Virus record (IMG/VR): IMGVR_UViG_3300037466_002980
Span: 96,001 to 160,000 of that record
Strand: one strand, 5' to 3'
Origin: a virus
Lineage: Duplodnaviria > Heunggongvirae > Uroviricota > Caudoviricetes
Length of the DNA: 64,000 bases
Shown here: one piece after another, positions 9,764 through 19,646 of the stretch
Layout: every line of letters starts with the position of its first letter
How positions within the stretch are numbered: position 1 is the stretch's first letter
Made by a program: the position numbers and the translations under genes
Notes under the pieces: model-generated
Databases searched by the model: none
What the model was told of the DNA's origin: nothing
Seen by the model: the letters and a program-made list of their open reading frames with translations, nothing else

Positions 9764-10588
9764 TTAAAATTCTTTCTGATCTAATTTTCTACAGATCATA
9801 TCTTGATTTTTTGAATGATAAATGATACGTTGAGTTTTATTATCGTATTCAAAATGACTACTCCATGCATGACAAACAATAGGATTTGGTATTTCCATAT
9901 CATTTTCCACATTATTCGGAATGTCCTCTATTCTATAGATACACATCTTGAAGTCTAATCCGACATTGTTAAATTCACCTGGTTCACGTTCATATGCCAT
10001 TGATGGTGTATCAATAACAAATATCCGTGGTGGAAGTGTTTTATAATCTGATCTTTTCAATAATTCATATAATGGAATGGTATGATCCATTGAATACTCA
10101 CCTATCTTAGAAGTCCAACGATAATATGCTAATCGCCCTCCAATTAATTCTCTTTCTTCTTCATCCGGAGTTCCATAATATAACGGATCCTTTGAAACAG
10201 AATCGATTGACCATTCATGAAAAGAAAATAATCTTCTTTTATCAAGATGTTTAACAATTTCTCCAATTCGATATGTATTTGCTCCGTTTGGACCAATAAT
10301 CGTTACATAAGTGCATCCACGTATATATTGAACGAATGCATATTTTTGAAGATTTTCCCAGGTATCTGCTTCGAATCCAGCCCGTAGAATAGTACCATAA
10401 TATGGCGAGGTATCTTTTCCATCAATAGAACTAAAACTAGTAATATCGATAAAAAATTTCGTAATACCACAATTGTTACAGAAATCGGTATATTGTCTCA
10501 CCTGATGGTGAATCAATTGTTCCTTTGCGAAACTATCCGCTAAGAAAAAAGCAAGGAAAAAGAAAATGAATTTAATAATTGTATTCAT
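9764..10588 (-). CDS. Secreted hypothetical protein
   Basis: N-terminal signal peptide (IIKFIFFFLAFFLADSFA), several Cys. Confidence 0.7.
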   Translation of the reverse strand: MNTIIKFIFFFLAFFLADSFAKEQLIHHQVRQYTDFCNNCGITKFFIDITSFSSIDGKDTSPYYGTILRAGFEADTWENLQKYAFVQYIRGCTYVTIIGPNGANTYRIGEIVKHLDKRRLFSFHEWSIDSVSKDPLYYGTPDEEERELIGGRLAYYRWTSKIGEYSMDHTIPLYELLKRSDYKTLPPRIFVIDTPSMAYEREPGEFNNVGLDFKMCIYRIEDIPNNVENDMEIPNPIVCHAWSSHFEYDNKTQRIIYHSKNQDMICRKLDQKEF

Positions 10589-10607
10589 TTTCTTTTGCTT
10601 TTTCTTA

Positions 10608-12113
10608 TTAATTACGATTTAGAAATGTAAAATCGAATCGATTAAAATATGTTGATAATTCAATTGATTCTTTCAATTCTTTTTCTTTTTCCTCTTCGTG
10701 ATCCTTAACTTTGGCATTTTCCAAGACCTGTCTAAGAATAGCTTTTTCAAAATCATTAACAGCAGATTCTTTACAAAGTTTGGTGCCAATCTTATTAATA
10801 AAACCAGCCAATTCATCATTTTCAGTTATTCTTAATGCTAATTCGTTAATCTTAAATCCAAGTTTCGCATTCTCGCTTGAGAATTCAAATATTGGAGTTG
10901 TATTTATTGTTTCTGGTTTTAGGAAAATTGTATTACCGGCTGCTTCTTCAATTCTCTTAAAATAAGTGTCCTTTTCCTGAACCAATTGTTTAACAATCGG
11001 GAGAACTTCTTCAAACTTTTCATCAAATCTACGAATTGTGAATAATTCTTTCAAGTTTGAAACATCATCTTCTTCGAGAGTTTCTCTTTCAAATGTTTCA
11101 AGTCTTGCTTTCACACTTTCATATGTTTTAACACCGGTTAATTTTCTTAATTCAGTTCTAAGTGTTTCGATACTTTCTTTGATTGTTTCAACTATAGAAG
11201 AACTATCTTCATTAATTAATTTATTGTTGGTAACATAACGATTAAAAGATTGAAGCTTTAGTAATTGTCCGGTGCTTTCTGAAATATAGCTTCCAACTTT
11301 ATCGTTCATTGCTCCACCATGTGCTAAATGCTGAGCCATGGCTCTTGCTCCAGCAAGATAATTATGTGGGAAACGGAATCTCTCTCCATTGCATTCAAGG
11401 AAGATCGCACTAATATGGCGAGATCTTGCACCACGAACATTTTCATCAATTGGTGTCTTATGACGAACTAAAATTTTAACATTTTCTAATGTCTGTTGGG
11501 AAGTACGCAATGTTCCAAACATCTTGCTAAAACTTTCCATCATTGTTTCTTCAACCTTAACAGAATAGATAGGACCGACACCATCGTTTTCGATTGTTAT
11601 TTTTCCTAATTGTGCTAATCGATTTACAACAGGACGTAATTCACTTACGTCATTAAGACCTAGTGTTCCCAATAAATCAACTTCACTCATGCTTCCACCA
11701 CAGTCTTTTATCAACTTTAGAGTTTTTCCAACAAGGTGGTGATTAATTGGTTTTACAGTATCTTCCATGACAGATTCTTCCTTCCTCATTTTAGCCTGAT
11801 ATGCATAATCCTTTGGCTGAATTGTCTTACCAAAAACTTTAATTGAAGAATTCATTAAAAATTCATCAGCAAGTTTTCTAATATTCTTTTGTAAAGAAAG
11901 TACCTCATCTCCTGTGGTTCTTCCCTTACTAAATTCCACTGTGTTACTATCTTCATCGATAGTAACCATAATATTGGGATCGATCGCAAAGAATCTTCGT
12001 CCTTGAGTTGGATCGGTAGTCTCTGCTCCTTCTTCGTTAAAAATTTTGATCTGAAGGCCATTTCCCTTTAAAAGGGCAAATACCTTTTCTGCTAGATCAT
12101 TAATTTCAACCAT
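10608..12113 (-). CDS. Late hypothetical (probably virion-associated) protein
   Basis: 501 aa, late motif at 12133-12140, directly after terminase. Confidence 0.75.
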   Translation of the reverse strand: MVEINDLAEKVFALLKGNGLQIKIFNEEGAETTDPTQGRRFFAIDPNIMVTIDEDSNTVEFSKGRTTGDEVLSLQKNIRKLADEFLMNSSIKVFGKTIQPKDYAYQAKMRKEESVMEDTVKPINHHLVGKTLKLIKDCGGSMSEVDLLGTLGLNDVSELRPVVNRLAQLGKITIENDGVGPIYSVKVEETMMESFSKMFGTLRTSQQTLENVKILVRHKTPIDENVRGARSRHISAIFLECNGERFRFPHNYLAGARAMAQHLAHGGAMNDKVGSYISESTGQLLKLQSFNRYVTNNKLINEDSSSIVETIKESIETLRTELRKLTGVKTYESVKARLETFERETLEEDDVSNLKELFTIRRFDEKFEEVLPIVKQLVQEKDTYFKRIEEAAGNTIFLKPETINTTPIFEFSSENAKLGFKINELALRITENDELAGFINKIGTKLCKESAVNDFEKAILRQVLENAKVKDHEEEKEKELKESIELSTYFNRFDFTFLNRN

Positions 12114-12148
12114 ATCTTTCCTTATTTCCTCTTATTTATCTAAATACT

Positions 12149-14713
12149 TTAAATCATGATCGGCATTGGTGCATCATATCCAATATCGTCATCAGTTGAA
12201 ATATTGCTATTGATGGCTGCATGCGAATCATTGTCCCAGGTTGAAATATAATCTGTCATTCTGATTGCTAAAATCATTGCCATAATTAAATCATCTGTAT
12301 GTCCGATTCTGGCTTCAAATGTATTAGCTCTGGAAACAAATACTTTCAATTCAGAAACAATAGGTTTTGAATTTAATGTTATCTTACCAGATTCTACAAG
12401 ATACTTTAATTTGGCACAGGCTTCTAGTTTAGATTTATTTGTTGTCACAAATCCAGAACGTCTTCCATTTCTACCTTGCAATCTATTTTTCGGATCATGA
12501 AGCATTGTTCCGGGAAAGTTTTCCTCTCCAGTGTCTCTAATAACAACCAATGCAGCTTCACCTAAGGAATTACTTTCAACTGACCAATAAATTTCAGGTT
12601 TTCCATTTAGATAAATTTCTTCTAAAATTTTCTTCATTGTTCTAACCTGTTCTTCAACTGGCGATTTGTTATTACTCCATTCGGCAACTTGCGTTAATGA
12701 TGGCAATTCTAAGACCTGAATTGCAGAATTGTCGCCACCTGTTCCCATTGAAGGGTCGAGAGAAACAACATAGATAGCATCTGACCTAATTGGTGCATAC
12801 CATCTAACCTGACCTGTTCGATGTATTGGATCGATTGGTTTAATTTGATTTAATTTAATTGGATTAATTAATGTTTCTTCGAATGTAATGAATTGACATT
12901 CGTGTTCTCTTAAGAATCTATCCTCACCAATAGAAGCCATTTCACTATCTGCCCATTCTTGATTTCTTTCCGGGTGAGCTTTCCATGTTGCGATATATGG
13001 TCTAAATCCATTAATTCCAATTTCAGTTTCATTTCCATGGTGATCAATCATCTTATTTGCATTAAACCAAATATCAGCAAACTGGTCTTCGTCTGTATTT
13101 GGTGTTGATGTAATAATACACTTACCACCTGTTGAAAGTGTTGGAGAAAGTGATGTCCAGAATGCCTTCGCAATATTCGGTTCTACGAATGCGAATTCGT
13201 CCAAATAAACAAGTGATAATGACATACCACGACCGGTATTTTCTGTAGTTGTGGTAGCTATAATTCTTGAACCATTATCAAAATCTAAGGAACGTTTATT
13301 ATATGTTCTAACACCAGCACGAATATGATCGGGAATAGATTCATAGGCATATCTAACCCTGTGCATAATTTCCTGTGCACCATCGTATTTGTTTGAAGCG
13401 ATTAATATTGTTGCATCTTCGTTAAACATTGCGTACCAAAGAAGATAACCTGCAGCAACGGTTGTATTATGAGTAGGAATAAGCGTTTTTCCACATAAAA
13501 ACAAATGGTCATTATTATCTACCTGTAGACAACGCACAGGAACCGAACTTATTTCTTTGATATTCCTAATATAAATTCTTCTATTTTTAGGATGATTCTT
13601 TAACCTTTTTTGTCTTTCTAGCTTCCTCGGGAGACAAAAAATCTTATGAAAACTTGTATCCACTGAAAATGCAAATTGATAATTATCTTTATGAGTTGTA
13701 GTGCGTTTCTTTGTTGTGCTCTTAATTCCTAAGGTAGATAACAACAATCTAAATTCCTCTGCCAACTTTTTATTAGACTGATAAAACCTACTTACTCCAG
13801 TCTTTTCACAGGTACCATCGGTATCCATTAACCCACGCAGTAGTTCTAATCTATTCTCAATGGAATTAAAAATAAAATGTTGAGGAATGTGTTTATTTCC
13901 CCAAGCACCAGTTTTCTTTAAATCAGTTACCAATCCATATGTTGTAAAATTTCCTGTTCTTTCTGATCTAGGATCTAATCTAAAATCGGAAACTCGATAT
14001 CCTGCCTTCTCAAATTTAGATCTATAAGTAGGATAATCATCAATGGTACAGGTAATTCTTCCATCTGAAGTACCTCCGTCTCCAAGCCAGACTCCAAATA
14101 CATATGGATCTACCGGTAATTCTATTTCATTGAATTCTAATGGTTTCGTATATTCAATAAAAACCGATTGTCCTTTTCTGTTAAACTTCTTAAAATTAGA
14201 AATTAATTCTTCTGTATTTGTTGTAATAGAACCCTTGTGTGGAACATTATATGTCCATAGGTGATCTTTATCTGCGGTAATCTTTTCACCGTGCATGAAT
14301 TCAATTTCATAACATTGATGATTATTCATAATATCGGTTATGTATGTAACCGATGTAGGTTTTCCATTAGGACCGAAGATCGTATCTCCTACCTTTATAT
14401 CACCCACTGTTGTAAATCCAGTAGGAGTAATAATATGTGTATCCAGGCTAAGAGCCTTGCCCATCTGACGGCCAATCATGTTAATTGATTTTCTATATTT
14501 GTGATAATTTTTAATTAAATCAAACTGAAAATCATATAATTGAATCTTTTCTCTTCCACGCAATGGATGCTGAATATACATAAAATTACGAATGAAATAT
14601 TCAGCCCCTGTGGCAGGATCCATGCAAGCTCTTAATTCATCAATTTGCTCTTTAGTGTACGAAACCTTTGTATAGGCTCGTTTAACGAGTTTATCATCTT
14701 GATATATTGCCAT
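12149..14713 (-). CDS. terL: Terminase large subunit (gp17-like) with intein
   Basis: GRQMGK/TT Walker A split by intein, YLDEFAF Walker B, ITSTPN, LDPSMG nuclease, TDDLIMA. Confidence 0.95.
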   Translation of the reverse strand: MAIYQDDKLVKRAYTKVSYTKEQIDELRACMDPATGAEYFIRNFMYIQHPLRGREKIQLYDFQFDLIKNYHKYRKSINMIGRQMGKALSLDTHIITPTGFTTVGDIKVGDTIFGPNGKPTSVTYITDIMNNHQCYEIEFMHGEKITADKDHLWTYNVPHKGSITTNTEELISNFKKFNRKGQSVFIEYTKPLEFNEIELPVDPYVFGVWLGDGGTSDGRITCTIDDYPTYRSKFEKAGYRVSDFRLDPRSERTGNFTTYGLVTDLKKTGAWGNKHIPQHFIFNSIENRLELLRGLMDTDGTCEKTGVSRFYQSNKKLAEEFRLLLSTLGIKSTTKKRTTTHKDNYQFAFSVDTSFHKIFCLPRKLERQKRLKNHPKNRRIYIRNIKEISSVPVRCLQVDNNDHLFLCGKTLIPTHNTTVAAGYLLWYAMFNEDATILIASNKYDGAQEIMHRVRYAYESIPDHIRAGVRTYNKRSLDFDNGSRIIATTTTENTGRGMSLSLVYLDEFAFVEPNIAKAFWTSLSPTLSTGGKCIITSTPNTDEDQFADIWFNANKMIDHHGNETEIGINGFRPYIATWKAHPERNQEWADSEMASIGEDRFLREHECQFITFEETLINPIKLNQIKPIDPIHRTGQVRWYAPIRSDAIYVVSLDPSMGTGGDNSAIQVLELPSLTQVAEWSNNKSPVEEQVRTMKKILEEIYLNGKPEIYWSVESNSLGEAALVVIRDTGEENFPGTMLHDPKNRLQGRNGRRSGFVTTNKSKLEACAKLKYLVESGKITLNSKPIVSELKVFVSRANTFEARIGHTDDLIMAMILAIRMTDYISTWDNDSHAAINSNISTDDDIGYDAPMPIMI
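13466..14455 (-). mobile_element. Class 3 intein (330 aa) with LAGLIDADG homing endonuclease
   Basis: Starts ALSLDTHI, ends LIPTHN|T; DHLW, VRCLQVD, LIPTHN give the W-C-T triad; VWLGDGG and LRGLMDTDG endonuclease motifs. Confidence 0.92.
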
Positions 14714-14716
14714 CTT

Positions 14717-15472
14717 TTACTTAGTTTCATTTAAGAAGCGTCTATAATTATAAACCAATTCTTTCTGAACTTCAGAGACCTGCATACGCTTCTGTTCTGG
14801 GTTATCACCTTGTCTTGCACCAGATGGGCCGGTATCTCTAACAACTGGACTATCTGCACCAGTTGGAAAATAATCATTTCCGCGTGCATGATTAATATCA
14901 TCATATCCATTGGTTAGGTCAAAATCTTCTTCAACAGCACTTTCTTCGAAACCATCATGACCACCGAAATCGCCATAATCTTCATCAGTTCCCCAACCAA
15001 CACTTGCTAATGTATCTGCATCAGCTTGAACTGAATCCATATCGTATGGTTCATCTGTTCCGACATGATCAGATAACAATGCATATTTAATTTCTTCAAC
15101 TTTTTCCGGAGCTAATCCTGCTTCTTCCATTTCGTGTTCGACAGTATTCAGTGCATCCTGAACATCAACGAAATTATCAATTAATTCATTGAAACGTGTT
15201 TGCCATTGTTCCATTTCTGGATCTGCTTCGCTTTCTGGTTCTTCGTTTTCAAATTCCATAGATTCCTCAGCCTTGCCATGCTTTTTATTATAGATAGACC
15301 ATGCTGTTGCAAATGCCTTTTCTTCATTACCCGGATATTCTTTTTTTAGTTTCATTACTAAATCTTCCATTCCGGGAGGTGCTTTTTCTTGTAATTCATT
15401 AGATTCTCTAACAATGACTTTTGATTGAACATTGACACCAGCTAATTCTTGTAATCTTTTTAATTCTTGCAT
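14717..15472 (-). CDS. Acidic hypothetical late protein
   Basis: Start at MQELKRLQELAG (15472) just after upstream stop; very acidic. Confidence 0.7.
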   Translation of the reverse strand: MQELKRLQELAGVNVQSKVIVRESNELQEKAPPGMEDLVMKLKKEYPGNEEKAFATAWSIYNKKHGKAEESMEFENEEPESEADPEMEQWQTRFNELIDNFVDVQDALNTVEHEMEEAGLAPEKVEEIKYALLSDHVGTDEPYDMDSVQADADTLASVGWGTDEDYGDFGGHDGFEESAVEEDFDLTNGYDDINHARGNDYFPTGADSPVVRDTGPSGARQGDNPEQKRMQVSEVQKELVYNYRRFLNETK

Positions 15473-15473
15473 A

Positions 15474-16142
15474 TTATCCTGCCTTAAAAACGTTAGGTCT
15501 CTTAATTCTACCGAACAATCCAATTTGGTGTTGATCTAAATTCTTAGCATCATTAAAACCGTGATAATCTTTTGGCATCATTGATTGGTCAAATTGTTCA
15601 TCGGGACTAAGTGGAGTATTAACCTTTACCATTTCTCTTTCTTTTCTGACTTTTTCTAATTCTTTCAAGAAATCAGTATTATATTTTTCCCCATATCTTT
15701 CACGATCAGCACCTTCAACTTGTTCGTAATCACTTCCAAGCTGAGTTTTATACTTTTCTCTGTACTCTGGGGAACTACGATCGAGGAAAAGATCGGTTTC
15801 GATTTGTCTTGGATCATTTTGTGAATACACAGCAAGATTTGCTGGTGAAATTCCAAGATTGTTAGAAATAAATGTTCTTAAGAAATCTAAAGAAGCAGGA
15901 TATTCTAATGTAATTTGGCAAATAAAAACTTCCGAATTTTTTACATTAGGAAAATCTAGAGGACTCTCCTGAATAGGAGTCTTCTTAAAAGGTGAAGCTT
16001 CTTTAAGTTGATATTTTGAAAGACATGTTTCAAGCTGATCAATCATGACATCTGTCATTTCATTGACTGCAAACTTAAGGGTGTACTTATAGTCTGTTTT
16101 CACTTCAGCAACATAAGTCGCAAATGATTTAAATTCTGCCAT
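15474..16142 (-). CDS. Hypothetical late protein
   Basis: 222 aa; late motif 16166-16173 and GGAG SD upstream. Confidence 0.75.
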   Translation of the reverse strand: MAEFKSFATYVAEVKTDYKYTLKFAVNEMTDVMIDQLETCLSKYQLKEASPFKKTPIQESPLDFPNVKNSEVFICQITLEYPASLDFLRTFISNNLGISPANLAVYSQNDPRQIETDLFLDRSSPEYREKYKTQLGSDYEQVEGADRERYGEKYNTDFLKELEKVRKEREMVKVNTPLSPDEQFDQSMMPKDYHGFNDAKNLDQHQIGLFGRIKRPNVFKAG

Positions 16143-16164
16143 TATAATAACTCCAGTATTACTG

Positions 16165-16674
16165 CTATTTATCAGATTTTTCAGTTTTACTGGATACTAT
16201 ATATTTAAGGAGCTCATTGCGATCAAATTCACCGGAATTTCCGGATCTAGAAGCAGCCGGATTGTCTTCATCTTGTTGATCTACTCTCATTTTCTTAATT
16301 TGAAGTTCGATCATTCGAAGTTTCTTTTCAGCCTTTGCATTTTTTGCTTCTAATGCTGTTTTCAACATCTGTCCTGCTACTTCGAATATCTTTCCGGCAT
16401 GCATATCAGGAACATTTGCACCAAGCGTAATTAGATCATCGAATGTCTTAACCGCTTTATCAGCAATATCATCCATTTCATTATCATGAGTATCTAAACC
16501 ATTGACTGTGGGAAGTGCAGAGTCGATTTTTTCAGCATTAGTAAGTGAAGAATATATTTGCTGTGCTTCAGAAAATAATTCTTCTTTTGTTTTTGTAACT
16601 ACTTCAGTCGAGGCAGATTCTGCCTCTTCAGACATAGGTGGAATCTGGAAAAAATCCTCTATTTTTTTTGTCAT
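16165..16674 (-). CDS. Possible terminase small subunit
   Basis: Helical 169 aa, IFEVAGQMLKTALEAK, C-terminal DRNELLK; near terL. Confidence 0.45.
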   Translation of the reverse strand: MTKKIEDFFQIPPMSEEAESASTEVVTKTKEELFSEAQQIYSSLTNAEKIDSALPTVNGLDTHDNEMDDIADKAVKTFDDLITLGANVPDMHAGKIFEVAGQMLKTALEAKNAKAEKKLRMIELQIKKMRVDQQDEDNPAASRSGNSGEFDRNELLKYIVSSKTEKSDK

Positions 16675-17111
16675 GCTTTACCTTTCGGGTTGTTGAAGAT
16701 ATTTTCTTCGTTCATTACCCTAAATGTCATGCCATGATATTTGGCGAAAGCCTGTGCTGCTGCCCATTTATAGGTATTCAATGCGAACGCTGCCTTAGCC
16801 TTTTGAGATTTAGCCTTTTCTAAGAAAGTCTCCTTGGCGGGCTTTACTTCAATAATCTCAGTTTTTTGATTACCTTTAGCATCTACATAAGTAACCACGA
16901 AATCTGGCACATACACAGTATATTTACCAGTAAATGGATTTTGATAAGGGATTTTCAATGATTCACTAGCCCATTGAATAATATTTGGATGAACATCAAA
17001 TTTTTGCATTACCTTAAATTCCCACGAGGAACGAAAGATTATAGGATGTTTTCCGACATATTTGTCTGGATTAACAGGTTTATAAACTCCTTGCACATAT
17101 GAACGACTCAT
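16671..17111 (-). CDS. Head completion protein (T4 gp4-like, TnsA-type nuclease fold)
   Basis: GVYKPVNPDKYVG, FRSSWE, WASE, YVPDF, IIEVKP. Confidence 0.88.
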   Translation of the reverse strand: MSRSYVQGVYKPVNPDKYVGKHPIIFRSSWEFKVMQKFDVHPNIIQWASESLKIPYQNPFTGKYTVYVPDFVVTYVDAKGNQKTEIIEVKPAKETFLEKAKSQKAKAAFALNTYKWAAAQAFAKYHGMTFRVMNEENIFNNPKGKA

Positions 17112-17581
17112 GATCGAATTTGTCTGGCCTGTGGACTTAAACTATTATTCACTGACGTAACCATACCAACTTGATTACCCGGATCACGAAGATTATTAAA
17201 TGCACGATAGGCATTTTCTGAAAACAATAATCTTCCATTTATTTCTGATTTTTCTATTAATGATTGCGGAGTTTGCCCAGTCATTGCTGCCATATCAATA
17301 ACTAGTGCTGCCATTGTATCAGCATACAGATTACCTACTCCTCTGGATAAGAAAAAAGATTTTGTCGAATCATATGCCGAAGGTGAATAGCTACCGACAA
17401 CACCCGCACCAAGCGCAGATTGAGTTAAGGAACCTGCATTAGGAAAAGCTACCGGACCTGATGCATATTTAAATGTGTTTGTTGGAACTCCATTTATAAT
17501 TTTAACTGTTCGCTGAGTTCCAAGATATGTAAGCATCTGTGAACTAAAACGACCAAGAGATGCAATATTTGAATTAGACAC
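17108..17581 (-). CDS. Hypothetical structural protein
   Basis: 157 aa in tail operon. Confidence 0.65.
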   Translation of the reverse strand: MSNSNIASLGRFSSQMLTYLGTQRTVKIINGVPTNTFKYASGPVAFPNAGSLTQSALGAGVVGSYSPSAYDSTKSFFLSRGVGNLYADTMAALVIDMAAMTGQTPQSLIEKSEINGRLLFSENAYRAFNNLRDPGNQVGMVTSVNNSLSPQARQIRS

Positions 17582-18839
17582 CCGGATTTCCTCCTATTCT
17601 GCTAATATCCTGATAAGCAGTTGATAATAACGAAGCTGTCGAAGAAAACGGTCTAGTCAATATATCTGGAGCACTTTGAGGATGATACGGTGTTGGAGAG
17701 ATATTAGCTAATCCATCTAACGCACTGGCACTAACACGTCTTACTACCTGGTCAGAAGCAAATGCACCTGCTACTGAACCTATTGTAGATTGAACATTCT
17801 TACCGATCTGTTGAAGTATTGGATTATCTGATTGCGATAATGGGTTATTCGAATCAATAAAGTTATTCAATGTTGCAGTAAATGCTAAGGCAGGTAATTC
17901 AAGGAAATCACCATGCGAATATTGGTCAATATTAGAATTATTATTTGCCTCTGTTCCACCTAATTTCATATTTTGAATGTTATAATAGGCATATTCGTAT
18001 TCAAAGGTAAAGGTTAATTCTAAAGTCTTACCACCCTCTCCATAATTTAATATATCATGATTAAACGCCGCAACTCTTGGATTAACTAATGTTACCTGAT
18101 TGAATCTTCCGGCATGAACTTGATATATATCGATTGTTTGAATTAGATTTCTGACATTGGCAACTGTAGGTAAATTAAATCCAAATTTATGATTATTCAA
18201 TGTATCTGAAACAATATTCTGTGTATCTTGTTTACTACCAACCGTATCTGTTGGAGAATTAAATGTTGATGATGTATTCCCTTGAAATAGATTTGTTATA
18301 CTAGCTGGTAAATTTAATAAATTTGGATTGAAAGATGGTGTGATATTATTTAAAAATTGCTCTACAGAATAACTGCTCTTTCCATTTTGACTTTGTTTTG
18401 CTTCATTCTTACCCGGTTCGTTTCCATCACCGAAGTAATATCTATAATACATTTCCCAAAATTTTAATGTCTTTCCATCCACTACATCATGAAATACAAC
18501 TTTAATTGGTTCAAACTGAATTTTAGTTTGACTTATTCTTTTTCTATTATATTGATTTAAGGGTGTGGTTTCGATTTTAAACGATGGCATTTCCACTGCC
18601 TTAACAAGTGGAGCAATTTGATCCCAGGTAGTATTATTAAAATATTGTTGAATATAGTAGGCAGCCGTTCCTACATTATTCAAACTAATATTAATATAAT
18701 ATTCAAAGGGCAGCCTTGGTTGGTTAATGTATAGAGTTTGCGCTGTCTGATTGAAATTATACGTAGCATGGCGCGTGCTTTTTTCATACATGAAACCGGC
18801 ACCGGTTAGACCTGTGAATAAACTTGAGATAGATGGCAT
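17574..18839 (-). CDS. Tail tube-like baseplate/tube-initiator protein
   Basis: VKAVEMPSFKIET..NQYNRKR, FEPIKVVFHD, LTFTFEYE tube-fold motifs. Confidence 0.7.
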   Translation of the reverse strand: MPSISSLFTGLTGAGFMYEKSTRHATYNFNQTAQTLYINQPRLPFEYYINISLNNVGTAAYYIQQYFNNTTWDQIAPLVKAVEMPSFKIETTPLNQYNRKRISQTKIQFEPIKVVFHDVVDGKTLKFWEMYYRYYFGDGNEPGKNEAKQSQNGKSSYSVEQFLNNITPSFNPNLLNLPASITNLFQGNTSSTFNSPTDTVGSKQDTQNIVSDTLNNHKFGFNLPTVANVRNLIQTIDIYQVHAGRFNQVTLVNPRVAAFNHDILNYGEGGKTLELTFTFEYEYAYYNIQNMKLGGTEANNNSNIDQYSHGDFLELPALAFTATLNNFIDSNNPLSQSDNPILQQIGKNVQSTIGSVAGAFASDQVVRRVSASALDGLANISPTPYHPQSAPDILTRPFSSTASLLSTAYQDISRIGGNPGV

Positions 18840-18867
18840 AATTAACTATTTATCATCAGAAAATATT

Positions 18868-18900
18868 CAAAAAAATACCCCGAAAATCGGGGTATTGTTT
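18868..18900 (-). terminator. Rho-independent terminator after tail tube gene
   Basis: AATACCCCGA-TTT-TCGGGGTATT + T-run. Confidence 0.85.
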
Positions 18901-18913
18901 AGTGAAATAACTA

Positions 18914-19531
18914 TCATCCAAAAGTTGTACCACCAGTTGGGCTGGCGATATCTGGGTATGGATTTCCACCAACTGTTGTACCATCGTTGGTGTTTGGACC
19001 AGCAATGTTGGTAGCATTATCGTAACGAATGGTTAGTGTGACCATTTGTGATTCACCGCTCGCATAATCTCCATCGTCGTATTGTGCACCGGTTAACCAA
19101 CAACCTTCAAGGTTCCAAAATTCGAGAGCATCATTATCAGTACCATCTAATGACTCAATAGTCATGGTAAATTTATAATTGATACCAGCAACAGCACTTG
19201 TCTGTTCAAAATGGTTCATTTGTTTCTGAACTTGAGCACCTACAGACGAAATAACTGAGTTTGTTATATCGTCACGTAATTTCAATTCAATTGGTTCAAA
19301 TGAGTGTTTACCCTGAATCCATGCAACAGAGTTATAGGAATCAAGTTTAATATCTTCGTAGGTGATTTTTGGTCGTGTGCAAGTAACCACGTTTGCAGTC
19401 ATTTCACGTAATCCATTATTTTCACCGAAATTCTGAAAGGTTACTCTAAAACGATATTTTTGTTTTGGTTGAAGAATACCTAATGGAGTTCCGTCTAATG
19501 GGACACCGAATTTACCTAATGTACTTGGCAT
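18914..19531 (-). CDS. Tail tube protein (gp19-like)
   Basis: PKQKYRFRV, GKHSFEPIELKLRDD, WNLEGCWL, LTIRYDNA; follows sheath. Confidence 0.9.
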   Translation of the reverse strand: MPSTLGKFGVPLDGTPLGILQPKQKYRFRVTFQNFGENNGLREMTANVVTCTRPKITYEDIKLDSYNSVAWIQGKHSFEPIELKLRDDITNSVISSVGAQVQKQMNHFEQTSAVAGINYKFTMTIESLDGTDNDALEFWNLEGCWLTGAQYDDGDYASGESQMVTLTIRYDNATNIAGPNTNDGTTVGGNPYPDIASPTGGTTFG

Positions 19532-19594
19532 AATTTCTCCTGCTCTAAAAGCTAATACTATTTATCAATTCGAAGAAATTTTCCTTCCAGTGGT

Positions 19595-19626
19595 CAAAAA
19601 AATACCCATACAGTAGTATGGGTATC
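19595..19626 (-). terminator. Terminator after tail sheath gene
   Basis: ATACCCATAC-TACT-GTATGGGTAT + T-run. Confidence 0.85.
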
Positions 19627-19646
19627 TAGAGTCCTAAAAATACCTA

